From contig CAVOPA010000017.1 of assembly GCA_963697705.1 (NCBI GenBank), positions 75,126 through 139,125 of the forward strand: a stretch of 64,000 bases of DNA, read 5' to 3'. The translations under genes and the position numbers were made by a program. The DNA is from Vicinamibacteria bacterium (GTDB taxonomy: Bacteria > Acidobacteriota > Vicinamibacteria > Vicinamibacterales > JAENWD01). Positions 35,733 through 44,566 of this stretch are shown in pieces. How positions within the stretch are numbered: position 1 is the stretch's first letter; each line of letters begins with the position of its first letter. Under the pieces are notes generated by a model. That model had not been told where the DNA came from. It was given only the letters and a program-made list of their open reading frames with translations, and ran no database searches.

Positions 35733-37145
35733 TCAGTCGCGGCTGACCCGTCGTCCTTCGCGGGGCTCGCCCCAGCCCCAGAACCGCACTGACATGTCGT
35801 CGTTCGCGCCGGGTTGGAAGGTGATTCGCAGCACGCCGTCCGGCTCGAAGAAATCCGCTGGTCCCGACGCGGAGACCTTGCGTGAGGCGCCGTGCCGCTC
35901 GATGCCCAGCCTGTCCCCTGCCACGGTGATGCGCACGACTTCGCCGTCAGGCATGTCGTAACGGCCGGCATACGTCTCGAGCGTCGATGCGGGCACGACC
36001 GCCAGGGGCGGGTCAGTGAACGGGCGCCCGATCGCGAGCGCGGCGAGCCGCCGCGCAACGGCGTCTGGTTGCGAGGACTGGTTGTTGGACAACACCGCAA
36101 CGTAGAGTCGCTCCGATGGAATCCGGATTACGTGACAGACGAACCCGGGAATGCCGCCAGCGTGCTCCGCCACCGCAAGCCCCTCGTGGCTGGTGACGGA
36201 CCATCCCATCGCATATCCGGTAGCGCGGCCGGACGGGAGTACGTACGGCGCGAACCACCGCGCCCGCGACGCGTCCGACAGCAGCCGCCCGCGCTCGATG
36301 GCGGTGTTCCAAAGCGCCAGGTCGTCCACGGTGGACAGCAGGGCGCCCGCGGCAAACGGCTGGCTCATCGCGATGAACGGCGCGTTCGCCCATTCGTCGC
36401 CCGCGCGCCCGTAGCCACGTGCCCGCCGCGGGATCACCCGCAGGGGATCGTCGTACATCGTCTGGCGCATGCCAAGCGGCAGCACCATCTGACGGATGTA
36501 GTCGGCGTACGTACGTCCGGACACTTTCTCGATGACGAGGCCGAGCAGGAGATAGCCCGAGTTGCTGTACTTGAATCGGGATCCCGGCTCGAACTCGAGC
36601 GGTTTCGGCCCGAACATCTCGACGATCTGGCGCGGCGTCAGCTCCTCGCGCACGTGGGGGAACCACTCCGGCAGGTCCGTGTAGCTTGGCACGCCGGACG
36701 TGTGCGTGAGCAGGTGTTCGAGCGTCACGCGGCGCCCGTGCGTGTCGTAGCCGTCGACGTGCTTCGTCACCTCGTCGTCGAGCGCGAGCTTGCCCTGGTC
36801 TGCGAGCTGCAGGATCGCCGCGGCGGTGAACTGCTTGGTGACCGACCCGATACGGAAGACCATGTCGGACTCGAGCAGGACGCCGAACTCCAGATCGGCG
36901 ATCCCGTAAGCGCGCCGGAACACGGGCCGTCCGTCCTTGACGACGATCGCCACGGCGCCGGGCGCGTCTTGCGGATAGTGTTTCGCCAGGAGCGCGTCGG
37001 CGCCGCCGACGAAGCCGGAGGGCATACGAGGCGCGGCCGGCGCGTCCGGCTTCTGCGCGAGCGCGGGCCAGACCAGGAGGGCCGACGCGAGCCCGAGGAC
37101 GAGGATCGACGCGTTCGCGAACGCGCGGCCCAGCTGCAAAGGCAT
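35733..37145 (-). CDS. serine hydrolase of the beta-lactamase/transpeptidase fold (class C-like) with a C-terminal extra domain
   Basis: Signal peptide, S-x-x-K motif (IGSVTKQF), Y-x-N motif (KYSNSGY). 470 aa, located 19-40 nt upstream of the glycosidase on the same strand. Confidence 0.85.
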   Translation of the reverse strand: MPLQLGRAFANASILVLGLASALLVWPALAQKPDAPAAPRMPSGFVGGADALLAKHYPQDAPGAVAIVVKDGRPVFRRAYGIADLEFGVLLESDMVFRIGSVTKQFTAAAILQLADQGKLALDDEVTKHVDGYDTHGRRVTLEHLLTHTSGVPSYTDLPEWFPHVREELTPRQIVEMFGPKPLEFEPGSRFKYSNSGYLLLGLVIEKVSGRTYADYIRQMVLPLGMRQTMYDDPLRVIPRRARGYGRAGDEWANAPFIAMSQPFAAGALLSTVDDLALWNTAIERGRLLSDASRARWFAPYVLPSGRATGYAMGWSVTSHEGLAVAEHAGGIPGFVCHVIRIPSERLYVAVLSNNQSSQPDAVARRLAALAIGRPFTDPPLAVVPASTLETYAGRYDMPDGEVVRITVAGDRLGIERHGASRKVSASGPADFFEPDGVLRITFQPGANDDMSVRFWGWGEPREGRRVSRD

Positions 37146-37421
37146 GCGGTGTATCCGAAGCGAGATTCTATCTCGCGTCGCGAGCCTGCAGCGGGCGTGC
37201 TATCGGCGGGCGGACCTGAGTAGTCTCGGGGGGGGCGCGGCCGGCGTCGCGCGGTGTTGTCCGACGCCGCCCATCGTCCAGCGCCACAAAGTGGGATCGT
37301 CCCGTCCCACCAACGGACACCAGTCCATGGCAGCGCACGCAAGATTTGATAGGGTAATCGCGGATTCCGCGCGCTTTCGCCGTTCGAGGCAGCTGGCACG
37401 ACCTTTCGGTAACGAACCATC

Positions 37422-39845
37422 ATGAGCACCTTCCTCCAGGATGTCCGCTACGCCGTACGCATGCTGCTGCGCACCCGCGGCTTCACGACGGTCGCCGTGC
37501 TCACGCTGGCGCTCGGAATCGGAGCGAACACGGCGCTCTTCAGCATCGTCTATGCGGTGCTGCTCAAGCCCTTGCCGTTCGAGCAGGCGGAGGACCTGAC
37601 GATGCTGTGGTCCAAGACCGGACGCGGCAGGGGAGGCGCCACGTCGCCGGCGGATTTCCTCGATTACCGCACGATGAATACCGCGTTCGAGGATCTCGCG
37701 GCGATGGACAACATGCGCGCGGCGCTTACCGGGCGAGGCGAGCCGGTGATCATCCGCGGCGCCCAGGTGTCTGCGGGCTTCTTCCGGATCATGCGCGTCC
37801 GGCCGGAACGCGGCCGCACGTTCACCGCGGACGAGGATCGCGAGGGCGCGCCCCACGTGATCGTGCTCAGCCATGCTGTCTGGCAGGAGCGCTTCGATGC
37901 GGACCCGCGAATTGTCGGGCGAACGATCACGGTGAACGGCAACGCGTACACCGTGACGGGGATCATGCCGGCCAGCTTCGACTTCCCGCGCCTGATCACG
38001 AACAGGCGCACGGAGTTCTGGGTTCCGATTGCCTTCGACGCGGCGCGCGCGGAGCGGGGCGCCCATTTCCTGTCCGTGATCGGACGCCTGAAGCCGGGGG
38101 GCACGCTCGCGGCCGCCCAGGCGCAGATGGACACGATCGCCAGCCGCCTGCAGCAGCAGTACCCCGACACGAACACCAACTGGGTCGTGAACCTGTTTTC
38201 GCTCCACGATGAGGTCGTCAGCGAGGCTCGGCCGGCACTCTTCATGCTCACGGGGGCGGTCGCCTTCGTGCTGCTCATCGCCTGCGCCAACGTGGCGAAC
38301 CTGCTGCTCGCCCGTGCCACGAGCCGCGCGAAGGAGCTTGCCGTGCGCTCGGCTCTCGGCGCGGGGGCGCGCCGCCTGCTCCGGCAGCTCCTGACCGAGA
38401 GCCTGGTCCTGTCGATGGCTGGCGCGTTCGTCGGCGTGCTGATGGCGGCGTGGGGACTCGAGTTCGCGAAATCGATCACGAGCGAATGGCTGCCCCGCTC
38501 GTGGGAGATCGCGATCAACGCGCCGGTGCTGCTCTTTACCGTCGCCGCGGCGCTTGTCACCGGCATCATCTTCGGTCTCGCGCCCGGCCTCCACGTCACG
38601 CGATCCGAGCTGAACGACACGCTGAAGAGCGGAGGACGCGCTACAGGCACGGCCGGCCAGCAGCGCCTCCGCACCGCCTTCGTGATTGCCGAAGTCGCAT
38701 TGGCCTTCGTGCTGCTGATCGGGGCGGGCCTGCTGATTCGCAGCTTCCAGCAGCTGCAGAGCGTGCGACCGGGGTTCGAGCCGCAGTCGACCATTACGGC
38801 CGTCGTTTCGCTGCCCGACGCGCGCTATGCGCGGCTGACCTCGCAAGCCGCCTTCGTCGGCCAGCTGCTGTCACGTGTGCGCTCCATCAGGGATGTCCGT
38901 TCGGCGGCGCTCGCGTCGTTCGTGCCCTTCGACGGCAAGGAGACGCTGCTGACGTTCGAGGTCGAAGGAGAACCAGCGTCCCGGCCCGCCGATCGCCGGT
39001 TGGCGCAATGGCGGGTGGTGAGCGACGGCTTCTTCGCAACCATGGGCGTGCCGGTGGTACGCGGCCGCACGTTCACGCCCCGCGACAGCGAGTCGGCGCC
39101 CAGGGTGGCCGTCATCAGCACGTCGCTGGCGCACAGCTTCTTCCGGTCGAAAGATCCGATCGGGCGGCGGATCACGCTCGACGATCTGACCGATCCCAAG
39201 GCGGAGTGGTTCACGGTCGTGGGCATCGTCGAGGACGTGCGCTATCGATCGCTCGACACGGCGCCGCGGCCGCTCCTCTATTACCCCGCGAGCCAGCAGC
39301 AGTTTCCCGAGTTCACGCTCGTCGCCCGCACCGCCGGCGACCCGATGGGCGTCGTGCCGACGGTGCGCGCGATGGTGCGGTCGCTCGACCCGGCCATGCC
39401 GCTGCAGGACGTGCGCACGATGCGCGAAGTCGTCTCGTCTTCGATCGCGGGCGCCCGCTTCAGGACCAGCCTCCTCGTGACGCTCGCGCTCATAGCGCTC
39501 GTACTCGCGGCCGTCGGCGTCTACGGCGTCATGGCGTACTCCGTGGAACAGCGCACGCAGGAGATGGGCCTGCGGATGGCGCTTGGCGCGAGCCCCCGGG
39601 ACGTGCTGCGGCTCGTCACCGGCCACGGCATCCGCCTCGCGGTCGCCGGCATCGCGCTCGGCGCCGTGGCGGCGTGGGGCCTCACGCGCGTGCTCGCCTC
39701 GGTGCTCTTCGGCGTCACACCGACCGACCCGCTGACGTTCGGAACGATCGCCGTGCTGCTGGCGGCAGTGGCCAGCCTCGCGAGCTATATCCCGGCCCGT
39801 CGTGCCACGAAGGCGGACCCGATGCTGGTGCTCCGCGCGGAGTAG
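37422..39845 (+). CDS. ADOP-type duplicated MacB/FtsX-like ABC permease (no adjacent ATPase)
   Basis: 807 aa. The N-terminus MSTFLQDVRYAVRMLLRTRGFTTVAVLTLALGIGANTALFS is characteristic of the acidobacterial duplicated orphan permease family. Two FtsX-like 4-TM modules each follow a large periplasmic domain. Confidence 0.9.
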   Translation: MSTFLQDVRYAVRMLLRTRGFTTVAVLTLALGIGANTALFSIVYAVLLKPLPFEQAEDLTMLWSKTGRGRGGATSPADFLDYRTMNTAFEDLAAMDNMRAALTGRGEPVIIRGAQVSAGFFRIMRVRPERGRTFTADEDREGAPHVIVLSHAVWQERFDADPRIVGRTITVNGNAYTVTGIMPASFDFPRLITNRRTEFWVPIAFDAARAERGAHFLSVIGRLKPGGTLAAAQAQMDTIASRLQQQYPDTNTNWVVNLFSLHDEVVSEARPALFMLTGAVAFVLLIACANVANLLLARATSRAKELAVRSALGAGARRLLRQLLTESLVLSMAGAFVGVLMAAWGLEFAKSITSEWLPRSWEIAINAPVLLFTVAAALVTGIIFGLAPGLHVTRSELNDTLKSGGRATGTAGQQRLRTAFVIAEVALAFVLLIGAGLLIRSFQQLQSVRPGFEPQSTITAVVSLPDARYARLTSQAAFVGQLLSRVRSIRDVRSAALASFVPFDGKETLLTFEVEGEPASRPADRRLAQWRVVSDGFFATMGVPVVRGRTFTPRDSESAPRVAVISTSLAHSFFRSKDPIGRRITLDDLTDPKAEWFTVVGIVEDVRYRSLDTAPRPLLYYPASQQQFPEFTLVARTAGDPMGVVPTVRAMVRSLDPAMPLQDVRTMREVVSSSIAGARFRTSLLVTLALIALVLAAVGVYGVMAYSVEQRTQEMGLRMALGASPRDVLRLVTGHGIRLAVAGIALGAVAAWGLTRVLASVLFGVTPTDPLTFGTIAVLLAAVASLASYIPARRATKADPMLVLRAE

Positions 39846-39848
39846 AGT

Positions 39849-39879
39849 ACCGGGCCGGGCTTCGGGCCCGGTCTTGATT
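39849..39879 (+). terminator. stem-loop terminator candidate after the ADOP permease
   Basis: ACCGGGCC-gggcttcg-GGCCCGGT (39849-39872) followed by cttgatt, beginning 4 nt after the stop codon at 39843-39845. Confidence 0.5.
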
Positions 39880-39902
39880 GCAGTCGCGGTTAGTCCGATT
39901 CC

Positions 39903-39943
39903 GCTTCAGCCCCGCCCGCTATGGATTGGCGGAGGGCTGAAGC
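39903..39943. repeat. 10-bp-stem inverted repeat GCTTCAGCCC ... GGGCTGAAGC
   Basis: Arms at 39903-39912 and 39934-39943 are perfectly complementary. They contain the TCAGCCC / GGGCTGA heptamer also used in the 49-kb arrays. Confidence 0.45.
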
Positions 39944-40013
39944 CATCTTCCCAGCGATCGTCAGAACACAGACTGTCGGCGCGTCCGCAGCAGAAACGCG
40001 TGTAAGCTGCCGT

Positions 40014-40727
40014 ATGCTCTCGAGACGCATGCTCTTCCAGTTTCTCGCCGCGTGGGCCCTGTCGGCTCTCGTTGCCGCCGCTCAATCGGCGGCACCGGCG
40101 CCGCCTGCACTCGACCTCGCGAAATGGGAGAGCGAGATCCGCGCCTTCGAGGAGGCGGACCGTCAGTCCCCGCCGCCGACCGGCGGCATCGTGTTCGCTG
40201 GAAGTTCGAGCATCCGGCTCTGGACGAGCATCAAAGACGACTTCGCCAGCCTGCCGGTGCTCAATCGCGGCTTCGGCGGGTCCCAGATCCGCGAGGTCAC
40301 GGCATTTGCCGACCGCATCGTGATCCCCTACAGGCCGCGCCTGATCGTTTTCTACTGCGGCAGCAACGACGTCATGGCGGGCAGGACGGTGCCGGAGGTG
40401 GTCGACGACTTCAAGGCGTTCGTCGCAAAGATCCGGAGTTCCCTGCCGCAGACTCGCATTATCTACATTGCCAGCGCGCCCAACCCCGCCCGGTGGGAAC
40501 GCAAGGGCGACTGGCTCGACTTGAACGCGCGGGTGAAGGCCTACGCGGCGACGGACCCGCGCCTCACCTTCGTAGACATCTGGCCGGCGATGCTGAGCGA
40601 CTCGGGACAGCCGCGACCGGAGCTCTTCGTCCAGGATCGCCTGCACATGAACGCGCGCGGCTATGCGATCTGGACCCGCATCCTGCGGCCCGTCGTCGAG
40701 AGCGAATTCTCGGCGGCTGGAAAGTAG
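40014..40727 (+). CDS. secreted SGNH/GDSL-type hydrolase
   Basis: ATG 40014 inside ORF 39921..40727 gives the signal peptide MLSRRMLFQFLAAWALSALVAAAQS. Block I is VFAGSSSI (Ser), block II GFGG, block III GSND, block V DRLHMN. Confidence 0.8.
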   Translation: MLSRRMLFQFLAAWALSALVAAAQSAAPAPPALDLAKWESEIRAFEEADRQSPPPTGGIVFAGSSSIRLWTSIKDDFASLPVLNRGFGGSQIREVTAFADRIVIPYRPRLIVFYCGSNDVMAGRTVPEVVDDFKAFVAKIRSSLPQTRIIYIASAPNPARWERKGDWLDLNARVKAYAATDPRLTFVDIWPAMLSDSGQPRPELFVQDRLHMNARGYAIWTRILRPVVESEFSAAGK

Positions 40728-40731
40728 AGTC

Positions 40732-41397
40732 CTACCCGTCCCACCATCTCGACAGATGCGACTGCGGCCGGCCTGGATAGTCGGCGTAGTGGCTCACGTC
40801 GTTGAACAGCATCAGCCGCGCGCGGACGGGATCCCTGAAGTCGACGATGTTCAGGCAGGCCGGCGCCTGGTCGAGGCGATCGCGATAGCCGCGGCCGTCG
40901 AAGCCGAGCAGGCTGCTCATCACGAGGCGAATGGTCGCCTTGTGCGACACGACGACTACATTCCTGCCCAGATGCGCTTCGACGATCCGCCGGATGACCG
41001 GCAGCGCGCGCGCCAGCACGTCCAGCCCGCACTCGCCGTGCTCGGGCGCGAAGGTGAACGGGTCTTCTTCCCAGCGCGCGTACTCGTCACCGAAGCGGCT
41101 TTCCACTTCGGCCCGGGTCAGGCCTTCCCACCGGCCGTGATCGATCTCACGCAGTCCGGGGTGCTCGAGCGGGGTGAGGCCGTGCGGGGCTGCGATCAGA
41201 GCGGCCGTGTCTCGCGTGCGCCGCAGCGGGCTGCAGTAGACCGCCGCCATGTCGTCGTCGCGCAGACGCTCGGCCAGCCGTGTCGCCTGCGCGCGGCCCT
41301 CGGCGGAGAGATCGACGTCGGTCGCCCCGGCGAACCGATCCTCGGAGGTCAGCACCGTGGCGCCGTGGCGCACGAGGAACACGCGGGTCGCGCTCAT
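40732..41397 (-). CDS. histidine phosphatase (phosphoglycerate mutase) family protein
   Basis: ATG 41397 gives MSATRVFLVRHGATV (RHG motif). Also SPLRRTRDTA, IDHGRWEG and VVVSHKATIR. Confidence 0.85.
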   Translation of the reverse strand: MSATRVFLVRHGATVLTSEDRFAGATDVDLSAEGRAQATRLAERLRDDDMAAVYCSPLRRTRDTAALIAAPHGLTPLEHPGLREIDHGRWEGLTRAEVESRFGDEYARWEEDPFTFAPEHGECGLDVLARALPVIRRIVEAHLGRNVVVVSHKATIRLVMSSLLGFDGRGYRDRLDQAPACLNIVDFRDPVRARLMLFNDVSHYADYPGRPQSHLSRWWDG

Positions 41398-43696
41398 CCC
41401 GTGCCGTGGTGACCGCCGGCGCCAGGCCAATGCGACGAAGGATCATGTCCCAGCGCTCGTCGCCGTGCAGCGGATCGAACGAAGGGTCGACCTTCAGAAA
41501 TGCGGCCTGCCCGGCCCGCTGGGCGGTGACCCGGTCAAGGTGCACGAAGGCCTGATCGATGTTGCCGGCCTGCGTCATCGCGACGGCGCTGGCGTACTCC
41601 GCGACACCGGCTGCCGCGGCCGTCTGGCGGAGCGCATCGGCGAACTGAACGCGCACGCGCCAATACCCGAGCCCCCCGTCGGCTTCGAGGCCGGCCTTCA
41701 TGGCCGTCACCGCGGCTTCCTGCACCGGCGCGCCGAAGAACCAGCTCGCGCGGCCGAACGATTCCGCGGCGCGCTCGAGCAATCCGAGCCGCTCGTAGAT
41801 CACGCCGAGAAACGAGAGCGCGTCCGGGAATCCGGGATCGAGCAGCGTGACCTCGCGCAGGGCATCCAGCGATTCCTGGTACCGCCGCGCAAAATAGAGC
41901 GTCCACGCCACCCCCATCTGCATCAGCAACGAGAGCGGGTCAAGCTCGCGGCCCCTGCGTGCCGCGGCAATCGCCTCGTCGTGACGGCCGAGCGCGGTGT
42001 GCAGCAGCCCGATGTACATGTGGGTGACGGGGCTGCGCGGCTCGAGCTCGAGGGCCTTGTTGAGGGCGTGTTCGGCGCCGATCCAGTCCCATGAGTGGAA
42101 CATGCGGCAGACGCCCATCGCCGCGTGCGCCTCTGCGAGGCCCGGGTCGAGATCGAGTGCGGCGTAGGCGGCGGCCGACGCGCGCGTCATGGCGACATCG
42201 GTGGCCAGGTGGCCGTAGTAGCCCATGACGCCGTAGGTCTCGGCGAGCCCGGCGTACGCCCGCGCGTATTTCGGGTCGATCTTGATGGCCGCCTCGAAGT
42301 GCCCGATCGCCTTGTGGAAGCCGTCCGCCCTCCACTTGCTCCACTCGTGGCGTCCGCGCAGGTACTCCTGGTAGGCATCACCGCTGCCGGTCGCGCGTTT
42401 GCGCAGGCGCCGCTTCTCCGGGGCGGTCAGACGGATGCGCAGGGCCTCCGAGATCTGCCACGCGATCTGCTCCTGCAGCGAGATGAGCTCCGACACGGGA
42501 TGGCGGTACTGATCGCCCCAGACCTGTGTCTCGGTCGTCACGTCCACGAGCTCGGCCTGGATATTGAGCAGCGAGCCCTGCTGCATCACCCGGCCCGTGA
42601 CGAGGGAGTCCACGTTCAAGGCGAGGCCGACGGAGCGAGGGTTGACGGCCATCCCCTTGTACGCGAACACCGTGCTCCTGGGAATCACGCGCAGCTTCGG
42701 CAGCTGCGAGAGGCTGTTGATGATGCTCTCGGTGATGCCGTCGGACAGGTAATCCGCCTCGGTCTCGCCGCCCGCGTTCACGAACGGGAGCACGGCGAGC
42801 GAGCGCATCCGGGCCCTTCGCCGCGCGACGGTGGGCGTCGTAGCCGACGAGTCCGTCAGCAGGGACCGCAGCGCCGCCGCGAGCTCGCGCGCGGACGAGA
42901 ACCGCTGGGCACGGTCTTTCTCGAGGCAGTGCGCCACCACGTCCGCGAGCCGCGGCGGGACCTGCAGTCCGAGCAGCAGCAGGTTGGGAGCGGGATCATT
43001 GAGCACCGCGGCCAGCGAATCGGCGGCCGTGGCACGTACAAAGGGCCGTTCGCCCGTGAGCATCTCGAGCGTCGTGCAGCCGAGCGCGAACAAGTCGGTC
43101 GCCGCATCCGCGGTTTCACCGCGGACCTGCTCCGGCGCCATGTAGCCGACCGTGCCGAGCACGCGGCCGGGCTCCGTCGCGACAAACGTGCTCGCCGCCG
43201 CAACAGCGGCCATGGCGTGCTCTGTGCGCGCCAGGCCGAAGTCGAGGATCTTGGGGTGCAGATCGCCGGTGATGAAGATGTTGTCCGGTTTCAGATCGCG
43301 GTGGACGATACCTTTTGCGTGCGCGGCCGCGAGACCGTCGGCCACGTGCGCCATCAGCTCGACCGCGTCGCGCCAGGGCAGTGGGCCGCGCGTCAGGCGG
43401 GTGCGCAGGTTCTCGCCTTCCAGCAACTCGACCACCGCGACCGGCTGGCCATCGACGAACGCGAGCTCGTGAATGGCCATGATGTTCGGGTGCGAAATCG
43501 CGGCGATCGCTCGTGCCTCGTGCTCGAAGCGCTTCCGCATCTCCACATCGTGGGCGAGATGGTCGGGCAGCACCTTGAGCGCGACGTCGCGGCCCAGCCG
43601 CGAGTCGCGGGCGCGATAGACCTCACCCATGCCACCGGCGCCGATGGGCGCGAGCACTTCGAACTGCGCGAGACGTGTACCTGGGGTCAGACTCAA
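41147..43696 (-). CDS. Ser/Thr protein kinase with TolB-N/CsgG-like module and TPR repeats; the last roughly 83 codons of the formal ORF overlap the next gene and are probably an artefact
   Basis: TTG start 43696 follows SD AGGAG. Hanks motifs GAGGMGEVYRA, VALK, HRDLKPDNI, DFGLA and GTVGYMAPE. Then LAVLPFVNAGGETEADYLSDGITESIINSLS, followed by TPRs. The conserved sequence ends near ...WDMILRRIGLAP (about 41410). Confidence 0.85.
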   Translation of the reverse strand: MSLTPGTRLAQFEVLAPIGAGGMGEVYRARDSRLGRDVALKVLPDHLAHDVEMRKRFEHEARAIAAISHPNIMAIHELAFVDGQPVAVVELLEGENLRTRLTRGPLPWRDAVELMAHVADGLAAAHAKGIVHRDLKPDNIFITGDLHPKILDFGLARTEHAMAAVAAASTFVATEPGRVLGTVGYMAPEQVRGETADAATDLFALGCTTLEMLTGERPFVRATAADSLAAVLNDPAPNLLLLGLQVPPRLADVVAHCLEKDRAQRFSSARELAAALRSLLTDSSATTPTVARRRARMRSLAVLPFVNAGGETEADYLSDGITESIINSLSQLPKLRVIPRSTVFAYKGMAVNPRSVGLALNVDSLVTGRVMQQGSLLNIQAELVDVTTETQVWGDQYRHPVSELISLQEQIAWQISEALRIRLTAPEKRRLRKRATGSGDAYQEYLRGRHEWSKWRADGFHKAIGHFEAAIKIDPKYARAYAGLAETYGVMGYYGHLATDVAMTRASAAAYAALDLDPGLAEAHAAMGVCRMFHSWDWIGAEHALNKALELEPRSPVTHMYIGLLHTALGRHDEAIAAARRGRELDPLSLLMQMGVAWTLYFARRYQESLDALREVTLLDPGFPDALSFLGVIYERLGLLERAAESFGRASWFFGAPVQEAAVTAMKAGLEADGGLGYWRVRVQFADALRQTAAAAGVAEYASAVAMTQAGNIDQAFVHLDRVTAQRAGQAAFLKVDPSFDPLHGDERWDMILRRIGLAPAVTTARDERDPRVPRAPRRHGADLRGSVRRGDRRRSLRRGPRAGDTAGRASARRRHGGGLLQPAAAHARHGRSDRSPARPHPARAPRTA

Positions 43697-43978
43697 CGAG
43701 GCTCCTGTGCAGATCGACAGCCATTCTATCGCCCCGGCTTCGAACCCCCCGACCGGGCGTGGACGACCTCCGTACTGGCGAATTGCCGGGCCGCGGATCT
43801 ATAGTACGGTCCCTCTTCACCCGCACGATCTCGACGAGGAACGACGCATGGCGACGAGGCACCTCCCCATCCGGCGTAACGCGCTCGGAGCCGGTCGTGC
43901 CCGGTTGCCCCATCCACCCAGCAGGTCAGGCCCGGAGGACGGTGCCGTCGGGCCAGACGCCCGGCGAGGGAGGCAGTT

Positions 43979-44566
43979 GTGACGACCACCATCGACCCAC
44001 AGAACACCGGGGCGCAGCCCCGCACGTCCGAGGGGGACGGCGCCAGCCTGGAAAAGGTCCGCGACCTGCTCTTCGGCGTCCACATGCGCGACAACGACCG
44101 CAAGTTCGCGCGTCTCGAGGAACGGCTTGCGAAGGACACGAGCGATCTCCGCGAAGACGTGAGGAAGCGGCTCGCCGCGATCGAGTCGCTCATCCGGCAG
44201 GAGGTCGAATCGCTGAGCGAGCGGCTGAAGACCGAGCAGGACGAGCGCTCGACTGCGGCCAAGGACCTCGCGCGCGAGCTGAACGAGTCGGCCAGGACGT
44301 TCGAGCGGCGGGCGAGTCAACTGGACGATCAGTTGGCGCGCGGACTGCGGGATCTTCGACAGCAGCTGCACGAGCAGCACCAGGGCCTGTCGGACGAGCT
44401 GCGCCTGCTGGCCGACGACTTCGGCGCCCGTCTCTTGCGCGAGTCGCAGGAGCTGCGCGGCGACAAGGCCGACCGCTCGGCGCTGGCGGCGCTCTTCACC
44501 GAGATGGCCATGCGCCTGAACGGCGAGTTCAGGCTGCCTGGCACCGAGGACGGCCCGCGTGCGTGA
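43979..44566 (+). CDS. coiled-coil protein (195 aa), first gene of the GTPase operon
   Basis: GTG 43979 follows SD GAGGGAGG. The protein is almost entirely heptad-rich helix (KVRDLLFGVHMRDNDRKFARLEERLAKDTSDLREDVRKRLAAIESLIRQEVESLSERLKTEQDE...). The stop overlaps the next start. Confidence 0.65.
   Translation: MTTTIDPQNTGAQPRTSEGDGASLEKVRDLLFGVHMRDNDRKFARLEERLAKDTSDLREDVRKRLAAIESLIRQEVESLSERLKTEQDERSTAAKDLARELNESARTFERRASQLDDQLARGLRDLRQQLHEQHQGLSDELRLLADDFGARLLRESQELRGDKADRSALAALFTEMAMRLNGEFRLPGTEDGPRA

Noticed and set aside
37394-37410. TGGCAC upstream of the ADOP permease, considered as a sigma-54 (-24/-12) promoter
   Set aside because: The -12 element is wrong: TGGCAC-gacct-TTCGG gives CG where GC is required at GG-N10-GC spacing.
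39921-40013. N-terminal extensions of track ORFs (for example 39921..40013, 5065..5145, 2286..2441, 17490..17711, 47479..47568)
   Set aside because: In each case an internal start gives a proper signal peptide or canonical family N-terminus, and the upstream part is Arg/Pro-rich and overlaps hairpins or promoter-like sequence.
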